From the NCBI GenBank assembly GCA_026986575.1, contig JALSOH010000004.1:384001-448000 (forward strand): a stretch of DNA of 64,000 bases, given 5' to 3'. Below are positions 37,224 through 45,571 of the stretch, one piece after another. The notes under the pieces were generated by a model that saw only the letters and a list, made by a program, of their open reading frames with translations, did no database searches and was not told the DNA's origin. How positions within the stretch are numbered: position 1 is the first letter of the stretch; every line of letters begins with the position of its first letter. The translations under genes were made by a program, and so were the position numbers. This stretch comes from Thermoproteota archaeon (lineage in GTDB: Archaea > Korarchaeota > Korarchaeia > Korarchaeales > Korarchaeaceae).

Positions 37224-38438
37224 ATGAAGTACACAGCCGCTGCATCGCTTATAATGATGGTGATGCTGCTAGCGATACCCTCCCCGCAACTCACACAAGC
37301 TCAGATAGCATTGCTGGGCGTATCGGACACCGAAGTGGTCGCTGGCGGTTTCTTCTATGCCTTCATAAACGTGACATCTACCGGGACTAGGCCCATAGTC
37401 GAGTTCAAACTGTCCATCTCAGCTCCGTCCAGCTGGAAGGTCGAACCCTATGGGGCCAGCGGGATAAACGCGGAGGGTAACAAGATAGATGTAAGGTGGG
37501 ATGGAAACACGGCCGTTTATCAGGGGGACGGTGCTACGACGGCTCATGTGGCCTTCATAGTCCAAGTCCCCCTCCAAGACATGGAGGTCAGCAGGACCAT
37601 ATCGGCTAGAGGGTACCTCCTAGTCAAGGAGGGAGAACGCCTCGTTAAGTACGCGGTGACGGGCAGTAAGCAGATCTATGTCCACAAGTGGGAGCCGATG
37701 GTGTTCTTGAACCTTAGCAGGACGGAGGTAGTGCCACCCTCCGTAATAGTAGCTAATGTGACCGTCCTCACTGGACCGCCCCTGTACCCCACGGCCATGA
37801 GGAATGTCGTGATCAAGGTGGAGGACAGCATCTCAGGTCTTCTCTATAATGAAACCGTCGAGTACTGGAGCTATCACAGGGCATTATTCGCCAGAATACC
37901 GATAAAGATACCAATGGACGCTCCTGGGGGCCAGCAGAAAGTATCAGTGACCGTCGAGTATGAGGTGGCTGGTAGGAGGCTGAGAACCTACGTGGATTAC
38001 CCATACGAGGTGATGAAGCCCTCAAGCGTTAAAATAGAGAAGATAGAGGTCCCCAAAGAGGTAAAACTGGGGCGGCAGTTCAAGCTCAACGCTACAATTG
38101 TCAACCCATCCTCATTCAGCGCTTTAGATGTGGAACTCCATGTTAAGTTCTTGGGCAAGCATGAGGTTGTTAAAATAGGGGATCTGGGCCCGGGGAACTT
38201 CTCATTCGTCAGCATACCTCTGAGGCCGGAGAAGGAAGGGAATCACTCTGTAGTGGCTTGGATCGCTTGGGTCCAAGAGTATCCCAAGGAGCTGAGGAGG
38301 TCTAACGAGACGACTCGGATGATTTATATAGCGAGAGAGGAGCCACCATACTGGATCACAGTTCCCGTTTTACTTCTGGTGATCATGATTGCGGCAGTTA
38401 AGTACATTGCTAAGAGGAGAGGAGCTAGAGAACCTTAA
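37224..38438 (+). CDS. Cell-surface protein with Ig/CARDB-like domains and C-terminal TM anchor
   Basis: Signal peptide, beta-rich repeats, IGDLGPG, C-terminal TM helix + KRR. Confidence 0.75.
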   Translation: MKYTAAASLIMMVMLLAIPSPQLTQAQIALLGVSDTEVVAGGFFYAFINVTSTGTRPIVEFKLSISAPSSWKVEPYGASGINAEGNKIDVRWDGNTAVYQGDGATTAHVAFIVQVPLQDMEVSRTISARGYLLVKEGERLVKYAVTGSKQIYVHKWEPMVFLNLSRTEVVPPSVIVANVTVLTGPPLYPTAMRNVVIKVEDSISGLLYNETVEYWSYHRALFARIPIKIPMDAPGGQQKVSVTVEYEVAGRRLRTYVDYPYEVMKPSSVKIEKIEVPKEVKLGRQFKLNATIVNPSSFSALDVELHVKFLGKHEVVKIGDLGPGNFSFVSIPLRPEKEGNHSVVAWIAWVQEYPKELRRSNETTRMIYIAREEPPYWITVPVLLLVIMIAAVKYIAKRRGAREP

Positions 38439-39102
38439 GGGTCAGGTTATGAAGGAGGGGGGAAGGGTCCTCCCCCCCAAGAGTAGATGGGAGCTCTTCA
38501 GGTTCGAAGTGCTTGACTACAAGGGAGTGGCCTATTCAAGCGGTAAAGTGGTGTACCACGAGCCCCTCATTCCTCTGATAGAGAAATCCCTGATAGAACG
38601 ACTCGGGATAGAAATAGGGTCCGATGAGGCTGGGAAAGGTGAGAGATCAGGTCCCATAGTGGTCGCTGCCGTCGCACTGGACCAGGACGACAGGAGGTTC
38701 CTCAGAGCTGGGGGGCTACTGGAATCGAAATCTCTATCCAAGCACAGGCTCTTGGAGCTCGCTGATATGGTAGAGGGGAGGGCGCTGGCGTTGAGTTACA
38801 AAGTCGTGACTCCAAATCAACTGATGGGCATGTGGAAGAGGGGGAAACTGAACGATCTACTGACTGAATGGCACCTACAAGTAGTTTCAGACGTCTTCGA
38901 TGAGGTAGAAGCCTCTAGAATAATTGTAGATTCCTTCGACGAGGTTAGGCTCAGGGAAGCTTTCTCATTCTTCGAGAGTAGAGGGGTAGAGGTTGTAATC
39001 GAGTCAGGAGCCGATCTCAAGTATCCCTCAGTCGCCGCCGCTAGCGTCGTAGCAAGGAGGATTTATCTAGAAAAGATGGATGAAGGGATCAAGTGGGCGT
39101 GA
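38389..39102 (+). CDS. Type 2 RNase H with N-terminal extension (RNase HIII-like)
   Basis: IGSDEAGKGE.SGP, ESKSL, IIVDSF, AD.KYPSVAAASVVAR; ~70-aa N-terminal domain ending AYSSGKVV. Confidence 0.82.
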   Translation: MRQLSTLLRGEELENLKGQVMKEGGRVLPPKSRWELFRFEVLDYKGVAYSSGKVVYHEPLIPLIEKSLIERLGIEIGSDEAGKGERSGPIVVAAVALDQDDRRFLRAGGLLESKSLSKHRLLELADMVEGRALALSYKVVTPNQLMGMWKRGKLNDLLTEWHLQVVSDVFDEVEASRIIVDSFDEVRLREAFSFFESRGVEVVIESGADLKYPSVAAASVVARRIYLEKMDEGIKWA

Positions 39103-39603
39103 TCACCCGGGGAAGGGATGCTTATAGCCTATCTTTCTCAGAAACTCCATCCTCTCCCTTACATCCTCATCGGATTCTACTCCCGTAGGAGTACCTCCAT
39201 CTATCACTCCTAGTATCCCCCTACCATCACCCACATCAGCCACCACAACCTTCAACGGGTTAGCAGTAGCTGCGTAAATGGTAACTATCTCCGGTAACTG
39301 CTTCAGGCGGGGAAGTACGTTTATGGGCCAGGCATCTCTCATGATTATGACTAGGCAGTGGCCCGCGGCTATCTTCTTGGCCCTCTCTACAGCCGCCTCG
39401 ATCAGCTCGGGATCATTACCCGCCTTTCTTATGAGTCTGGGTCCGGATGACTCGCAGAAAGCAAATCCGAACTTAATACTTGAGCAAGAATCGGCTAAAG
39501 CTTCGTAAACGTCCTCAACGGTCTTAATGAAGTGAGAGGTCGCTATTATGATGTTAGTACCCTCAGGTGGAGTGACATCCACGACTTCCAGCTTCAGATC
39601 CAA
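39103..39603 (-). CDS. Adenosine-specific kinase family (DUF355)
   Basis: HFIKTVED, AFCESSGPRL, ATANP, GRGILGVIDG, LRKIGYK. Confidence 0.9.
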   Translation of the reverse strand: MDLKLEVVDVTPPEGTNIIIATSHFIKTVEDVYEALADSCSSIKFGFAFCESSGPRLIRKAGNDPELIEAAVERAKKIAAGHCLVIIMRDAWPINVLPRLKQLPEIVTIYAATANPLKVVVADVGDGRGILGVIDGGTPTGVESDEDVRERMEFLRKIGYKHPFPG

Positions 39604-39607
39604 GGGA

Positions 39608-39988
39608 TCACCCCTTCACTATGGACCCTATCCTATTGAATAAATCTAACAGGGCATCCTTCTGGAGCTTGTATACCCTGAACTTACCTTTCACCGTTTC
39701 CTTGACTAGCCCGGCTGTCTTGAGGTCGGACAGATGGTGGGAGATAAGCGACTGGTCTTTCTCCAGTATGTAGGATATCAGGCAGACAGGCATCTCGGAC
39801 GCTGACAGCAGTAATATGATGTCTAACTTTGTTGTATTAGACAAAGCCTTGAAAGCCCAAGCCATCCTTTCCTTGTCCTCTAGCTTCTCTAGATTGTCTA
39901 AAGCCCTGTCAATCTTCTCCACGTATTCCCTGATGTCCTCTATACATCTTCGGGGGACTCTCTTCAGTACCTCCTCGGCTCTACTCAT
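39608..39988 (-). CDS. ArsR/SmtB transcriptional regulator
   Basis: FKALSN..KL.I, PVC, QSLISHHL..LK.AGLV. Confidence 0.9.
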   Translation of the reverse strand: MSRAEEVLKRVPRRCIEDIREYVEKIDRALDNLEKLEDKERMAWAFKALSNTTKLDIILLLSASEMPVCLISYILEKDQSLISHHLSDLKTAGLVKETVKGKFRVYKLQKDALLDLFNRIGSIVKG

Positions 39989-40002
39989 AATTTAACACCG
40001 TT

Positions 40003-40014
40003 GAACACTTGTTC
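40003..40014. promoter_or_regulatory. Putative ArsR/SmtB operator palindrome
   Basis: GAACA-CT-TGTTC between the TATA (~40025-31) and the arsR start. Confidence 0.55.
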
Positions 40015-40076
40015 TTTCATTAGATATATATTTTCCCTCGCAGTTTTAAAGGACCATTTGGGGCGACAATGGGAAA

Positions 40077-41171
40077 ATGTGGGACGTTGCCATAGTCGGA
40101 GCTGGACCCTCGGGATCAACTGCGGCTTACCTGCTAGCTAAGATGGGTTTCAAGACATTACTCTTGGATATGAGGAGCTTTCCTCGACCTAAACCTTGCG
40201 GTGGAGGAATAACTTTGAAGGCAGCTAGGCTACTCGAGGAGCTGGGCCTGCCTCTGGAGCCGGTGGAGGCCATTCACAGGGAAGTTGTAGTTGCCGGCTT
40301 CGGACGTGAGATAACGGTCAGCACTTCACCGGGCGAGTTCGCCATAGCTCTGGTGAAGAGGGAACTCTTCGATCATCGACTCCTCGAAAGCGCTATAGGG
40401 GTGGGAGCCGAATTCATCAGGGCCAAAGTGAACGCCGTCAAGGTATCAGACAGCGGTGCGAAACTGATCGGACTTGGGGAGGAGGCCAAGTTTGTGATTG
40501 GAGCTGACGGCGCGAACTCCGTCGTGGCCCTAACGTCGGGGGTTAGGAGCGGCTGGAGGAGGGAGGATGTGATCGTGGCCATGGAGGGAAGCGCTCCCCT
40601 GCAGGACAGATTGATTTTCATGGTAGATGCGGCGCCCTACGGGTACGGCTGGATATTTCCGAGGAGCGAGGACTCCAATGCCGGAGTGGGAGGAATGTCC
40701 GAGAAGTCCCGGGAGATAATGGAGGCCTTCAGGGAATTCTCATCCAGATTCAATGTCAGAATGAACGGGTCCTGGATAATACCCGCTGGCGGTCACGGCA
40801 AGCCCATCGCGAAGGATCGCGTGCTTTTAGTCGGTGATGCGGCCGGTCTAGCGGATCCTCTCACCGGAGAGGGTCTTTATTACGCATTTAGAAGCTCGTT
40901 AGAGGCAAGTAAGGCTCTTGAAAGCGAATCTCCGGCTGAAAACTACAGCGAGAGGATGAAACCAATCTTAGAGGAGTTAAAGGCGAAGAGAAGGGCTGCT
41001 CGCCTAATAATGCCCAGGATGAAGTTCTTCTTCGAGCTGTTCGTCTCATATCCAGAGATAGCTAGGAGGTACATGCTCTCATCCATCGGCAAGGTCGAGT
41101 TCAGGGATTTCTGGAGGTGGGCGATCTCAAGGGTGCCTAGAGCCCTCATAAAGAGCAAGCTGGGGATATAA
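40077..41171 (+). CDS. Geranylgeranyl reductase-family flavoprotein
   Basis: GAGPSG, KPCGGG, GADGANS, YGWIFP, GDAAG..DPLTGEG. Confidence 0.9.
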   Translation: MWDVAIVGAGPSGSTAAYLLAKMGFKTLLLDMRSFPRPKPCGGGITLKAARLLEELGLPLEPVEAIHREVVVAGFGREITVSTSPGEFAIALVKRELFDHRLLESAIGVGAEFIRAKVNAVKVSDSGAKLIGLGEEAKFVIGADGANSVVALTSGVRSGWRREDVIVAMEGSAPLQDRLIFMVDAAPYGYGWIFPRSEDSNAGVGGMSEKSREIMEAFREFSSRFNVRMNGSWIIPAGGHGKPIAKDRVLLVGDAAGLADPLTGEGLYYAFRSSLEASKALESESPAENYSERMKPILEELKAKRRAARLIMPRMKFFFELFVSYPEIARRYMLSSIGKVEFRDFWRWAISRVPRALIKSKLGI

Positions 41172-42389
41172 TTACTCCAGAAACCCCTCCAATGAGGTCC
41201 ACCTCCTCACGAATCTCAAAAGCCGAGAACTCCGGAGGACCGGGGTTAGATCGAACCTCACCTTACCCCTGAGGAATCTGAGCGCTTCATCCAGCTCGCC
41301 GAACCTCGCGGGCTCCGAAGAGAGCGCTATCCTCATCCCTTCCCTCACCTGCCAGACTCCCACTGGAGCGTAATACTCCGGTCCCACCTCTCTGATGGCT
41401 AGAACTGATGCCTGCCTCCTCATTGACTGTAGCTTCTCCAGAACGGCGATTCTCATGGCGTAGTGACCTCCATCCATGTAATCCAAACCCATGCGGGTGT
41501 GCTCCCTGTTGATCAGTACGTGAGCTTCTCCAGAGGACTGAGTCCACAGACCTCTAGGCAGCCAGGCCTCCACGATCTCCAGAATGTAGGGACCGGGAAC
41601 GATCAACACGAAGTACCTGTTCCCCTCATAACTACTCCGGAAAAGTAGTATGTCCCCAGCGTAAGGAGACATCTGCTCGAGGAGCCTCCTCAACCAGTTC
41701 CCGACCATGGAATCTACCGCGGTTATCGCCCATCTCGTGGGAACCAACCTCCTCCTTCCCCGAACACCCAAGGAGCCTAAGGAGAGGACCTTGGAGATGG
41801 AATGGACATCTACGCCCTTCTCGTAGAGCTCTACGATACCCTCGGCGGCGCTCAGATCCCTGTCGTAAACGCTCCTCTCTATCGGAGTCGGTATCTTCGG
41901 CTCTTCGGCGAGTTTTACCCTTTCTACAGGGGCTGTCGGGCCTAGTGGTGTGAGGAGACCGTCGAAGGAGATCCTAGGAGTCGGAGGTCTCTTAAGCCTA
42001 GCCTCCATTTCGATGGGAACCTCGCTTAGAAGGGCCCATCTGACCTCCTCGACCTGCGGTTCATCCACCCTCCTCACATCCATTCTAAAGTGAGCGTAAA
42101 CTTGCGAGGAGAACCTAGAAATCATGTAACTGAGGGACCTCCTTATCCACAGGGCAGGGCGCTCAGGGAGATCCAGCTCTCTTAGAGCTACCATGGGACC
42201 CACGGACACCTTTGGATATCCCCTCTCACCCACGAGGGCCGAAGGGGGTGAGGGACCCTCCACCAAGTTGGTCTTAGGGACCTTCGCCTGAGACTTGACT
42301 CTCTCCAGAATGGGGCACTTGGACAGGCCGCATAGCAGCTTGGTTCCCTTGCACCTGACGCAAAGGGATGGGTCTATCCTAGAGGGCAC
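41172..42389 (-). CDS. nreA: Nre-family DNA repair protein
   Basis: CVRCKG...LCG...CP, LVPTRWAITAVD, PVGVWQVRE, C-terminal PIP-like TSLEGF. Confidence 0.92.
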   Translation of the reverse strand: MPSRIDPSLCVRCKGTKLLCGLSKCPILERVKSQAKVPKTNLVEGPSPPSALVGERGYPKVSVGPMVALRELDLPERPALWIRRSLSYMISRFSSQVYAHFRMDVRRVDEPQVEEVRWALLSEVPIEMEARLKRPPTPRISFDGLLTPLGPTAPVERVKLAEEPKIPTPIERSVYDRDLSAAEGIVELYEKGVDVHSISKVLSLGSLGVRGRRRLVPTRWAITAVDSMVGNWLRRLLEQMSPYAGDILLFRSSYEGNRYFVLIVPGPYILEIVEAWLPRGLWTQSSGEAHVLINREHTRMGLDYMDGGHYAMRIAVLEKLQSMRRQASVLAIREVGPEYYAPVGVWQVREGMRIALSSEPARFGELDEALRFLRGKVRFDLTPVLRSSRLLRFVRRWTSLEGFLE

Positions 42390-42419
42390 AAATAAGAGTT
42401 ACATGGGGGAAATTAATCA

Positions 42420-42824
42420 TTAATCGTTGATTTCAATACCTGGCTTAACCCTGTAGACCTTCCCCCTCCCGTCCACCCTCTCCACGAACCCTCTCTCCTC
42501 GAGGATCCTCAATCTCTCCGATATTATCCTCCTAGAGGCCGATCCCCTTAGCTTCCTGACCTCTTTCGTGAGCTGGGATATGTTGAGCGGCCCCTTCGTG
42601 GCAAGGGCCCTGATTATGCTCCTATCTATGTCTCCCGTCACCAGCTGGGCCATTCTCTCCACCTTCGCGACGCTTCCCAGTATCGAGGCGTACGCCCTCA
42701 GGAGTGACTTGTACACCTCCAAGCTTCTCAGGTCAGCTTCCGCGGATTCCATCCTGCTCTCAAGCCTGTCGAGCCGCTCTATTATCTTGAACAGCAATTC
42801 TTTGATCTCATCGAGTTCCCCCAT
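42420..42824 (-). CDS. Coiled-coil + wHTH regulator
   Basis: GPLNISQLT..VR..RGSASRRIISERL..LE.RGFV. Confidence 0.8.
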   Translation of the reverse strand: MGELDEIKELLFKIIERLDRLESRMESAEADLRSLEVYKSLLRAYASILGSVAKVERMAQLVTGDIDRSIIRALATKGPLNISQLTKEVRKLRGSASRRIISERLRILEERGFVERVDGRGKVYRVKPGIEIND

Positions 42825-43039
42825 CCTACAACTCCTCCTATATCGGGGACGATTATCTCCAAGAGCTCTCGACATACTCCCTCGCTGAGACCCGATGATC
42901 TGAGTTCTTTCAGAGCCGATCTCCTAGCTAGACTCTTCCTCACCTTATAGGCTCCTAGGAGGTAGAGGACCCTCAGGGCCAGCGGCGACAGCGATCCTAT
43001 CAGCAATAGAAGCTCTATCGCGGCCCTGAGGCGCCTCAA
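42782..43039 (-). CDS. Hypothetical small membrane-associated protein
   Basis: Hydrophobic N-terminus; translationally coupled to neighbours. Confidence 0.6.
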   Translation of the reverse strand: MRRLRAAIELLLLIGSLSPLALRVLYLLGAYKVRKSLARRSALKELRSSGLSEGVCRELLEIIVPDIGGVVGWGNSMRSKNCCSR

Positions 43040-43356
43040 TCCCCTTCCCCTTTCATTACGGACTTGAGCACGGACATCGGGTTGATGAAGTGCTCCTTGG
43101 TGAGCTTGAGGGCCAGATCCTCAGGTATGCCCTGATCCACGAGCTCCTTGTAGAAGGAAGCTATGGCCCTAGCCCTCTCCCTCGCCCTCTCAGGGTTGTA
43201 GGTGAGGTCCATTATCTCCTTAAGGGGTTCGATCAGGCCCTGTAACAGCCTAGGAACCTCGCTCCTGAGGACCGAGAATATCTCCCTGAGCTCCTCTACA
43301 TCTTCATCGATTGAGAGTTTCCTCCCCTTTTTCGCAACCTCCTTATCCTCGTCCAT
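43036..43356 (-). CDS. Hypothetical protein
   Basis: FYKELVDQGIPEDLALKLT helical motif; ATG with GGTGG SD. Confidence 0.7.
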   Translation of the reverse strand: MDEDKEVAKKGRKLSIDEDVEELREIFSVLRSEVPRLLQGLIEPLKEIMDLTYNPERARERARAIASFYKELVDQGIPEDLALKLTKEHFINPMSVLKSVMKGEGD

Positions 43357-43407
43357 TATCTACCACCAACTCTAATCCCTGATCACGACCTATAAGGTGA
43401 TTGCAAA

Positions 43408-43433
43408 TATGTGAGCACTATGTGATCGCTCAC
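43408..43433. promoter_or_regulatory. Putative operator: tandem TATGTGA(G/T)C repeat plus GTGA-n4-TCAC palindrome in the divergent promoter
   Basis: TATGTGAGCAC TATGTGATCGC TCAC. Confidence 0.4.
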
Positions 43434-43484
43434 GATCGCTAAGGGTTATTTCAAATTATGTAATTTTATACCTGTGAAGTTCAG

Positions 43485-44441
43485 GTGACCCTGATGCTCA
43501 AAACCCAAAGATTGGAAGAGCAGCCAGAGCTGGCAGTGGAAGCTAAGAATCTAACCAAGAGATTCGGCAAATTCGTTGCTGTCGATCACATAAGCTTGGA
43601 GATAAGGCGGGGGGAGAACTTCGGTCTTTTGGGGCCAAACGGGGCCGGGAAGACCACGACTATAAGGATGATAACTGGGGTCATAAAACCTTCAGAGGGC
43701 TACGTGAAGGTCTTTGGCATAGATGTGGCCAAAGAGAGGAAGAAGGTCCTAAAGTACATAGGGTACATGCCCCAGAAGTTCAGCCTGTACGAAGATCTAA
43801 CGGTCGAGGAGAACATAAGGCTATATGGACGCCTCCAAGGGTTGACCGGATCTCTACTCAAGGATAGAGTTAAGGAACTGCTGGAGAGATTCTACCTCTG
43901 GGAATTCAGAAGAAGGCTCGCCGGAAAACTCAGTGGGGGAATGAAACAGAGGTTGGCGCTTGCTACAGCGCTTGTACACGACCCGACCCTCCTGATTCTG
44001 GACGAGCCCACTGCAGGAGTTGATCCTCCCCTCAGGCGGAAGTTCTGGGAGCACTTCAGGGAGCTGAACAGGGAGGGCAAGACGATACTCGTGACGACCC
44101 ACTACATGGACGAGGCGGAGAACTGCGACAGGCTGGCATTAATGAACAGGGGCAGAATAATTGCGGAAGGTACGCCCAGAGAGATAAAGAGGAGGGCTTT
44201 GGGAGGGGACCTAGTGGAAATAGTCTTCGAGGGGAATCTGGATCCGGCTGCCCTTCCAGGGGTCAAGTCGGTCATGGAGGACTCGAGCGAGAGGTACCTC
44301 CTAGTAGTGGAGGACGCTGGGAGGGATCTCCCTAGGATCGTGAAAAAAGCAGAGGAACTGGGAGCTAAGATACTGGTGGCGTCGCCTGTTCATGTGAGCT
44401 TGGAGGAAGCATTCATCAGGTTCATGGGTGAATCCGAATGA
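43485..44441 (+). CDS. ABC-2 exporter ATPase
   Basis: GPNGAGKTT, LSGGMKQR, ILDEPT, TTHYM. Confidence 0.94.
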   Translation: MTLMLKTQRLEEQPELAVEAKNLTKRFGKFVAVDHISLEIRRGENFGLLGPNGAGKTTTIRMITGVIKPSEGYVKVFGIDVAKERKKVLKYIGYMPQKFSLYEDLTVEENIRLYGRLQGLTGSLLKDRVKELLERFYLWEFRRRLAGKLSGGMKQRLALATALVHDPTLLILDEPTAGVDPPLRRKFWEHFRELNREGKTILVTTHYMDEAENCDRLALMNRGRIIAEGTPREIKRRALGGDLVEIVFEGNLDPAALPGVKSVMEDSSERYLLVVEDAGRDLPRIVKKAEELGAKILVASPVHVSLEEAFIRFMGESE

Positions 44442-45571
44442 TCGAACTAGAGGAGGGAATAAGGAAGGGCTTCAGGATAATACCGATAGTGGACAAGGAG
44501 ATAAGGCAGCTTGTTAGAGATCCCAAGACAATTCTAATGGTCCTCCTGATGCCGATAACAGTTACCATCCTCTTTGGATACGGGTATGGTGGCAAGGGAG
44601 CCGGGAAGTATCCTATAACAGTAGTGGACCTAGATGGGGGAGATGGAGCCTTCAAGTTCATACAGGAGCTCAGAAACTCCAAGATGTTTCAGATAAAAGC
44701 CATATACAAGTCCAAGGGGCAGGGCTTCTCCTCCGTGTACTCAGGTGAGGTTTACGCGAGCCTGATAATTCCTGAGACCTTCACCGAGGATCTCATGATG
44801 GGCAGACCGACTAGGGTGGAACTGTACTACGATGCTAGCAATCCGTCCGTGGCTCAGATGATAATGCAGGCCGTCGGGGTGGTCACTCAACAGTTTCAGG
44901 AGTGGGCCGCAGCCCGGTTCGGTACCTTCGCCATAACTCCCATGTTCTACACGGTCTATGGACCCGAGATAAAAAAGATAGAGAGCTTCATTCCGACACT
45001 CATGGCGATGATACTGCAGATGGTCCCAACCAGCCTAATATCCGTCTCAATCTGTAGAGAGAGGGAAAAGGGGACCTTTGAGCAGTTTATCATGACGCCT
45101 GTCAGCGTCTTCGACATAATATTCGGTAAGCTGGCTGCCTATTTCTTCGCGACAATATCTGATGCCATACTGAGCCTTTTCACGGCTATACTGCTCTTCG
45201 ATGTGAAGCTTAAGGGCACCTTCTTGGACATGATTATCGTGTCTACGGTGTTCCTCCTGAATTCGCTAAGCTTGGGTCTGCTGATATCGGTCTTCTCTAG
45301 GAATCAACTTCAGGCCTATCAGGCGAGCATATTCTCATTCATCATATTCATGCTCTTCAGCGGCGTTTTCATTCCAGTGGATGTCCTCAGTTCGGAGGCA
45401 AAGCTGATCGCATCCTTCGTTCCGATGTACTATTTCGTGACGGCCTTCAGGAACGTTTCCCTCAAAGGATGGAACTACCTCATGGTCCTGGATCAGCTAA
45501 CAGTGATTAGTATGTTCACATTCGCTTTTCTCGCCCTCTCTCTGAGGTTCCTGAGGATGGAGGTGACGTGA
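44438..45571 (+). CDS. ABC-2 exporter permease
   Basis: KEIRQLVRD, REREKGTFEQ, multiple TM helices. Confidence 0.9.
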   Translation: MIELEEGIRKGFRIIPIVDKEIRQLVRDPKTILMVLLMPITVTILFGYGYGGKGAGKYPITVVDLDGGDGAFKFIQELRNSKMFQIKAIYKSKGQGFSSVYSGEVYASLIIPETFTEDLMMGRPTRVELYYDASNPSVAQMIMQAVGVVTQQFQEWAAARFGTFAITPMFYTVYGPEIKKIESFIPTLMAMILQMVPTSLISVSICREREKGTFEQFIMTPVSVFDIIFGKLAAYFFATISDAILSLFTAILLFDVKLKGTFLDMIIVSTVFLLNSLSLGLLISVFSRNQLQAYQASIFSFIIFMLFSGVFIPVDVLSSEAKLIASFVPMYYFVTAFRNVSLKGWNYLMVLDQLTVISMFTFAFLALSLRFLRMEVT

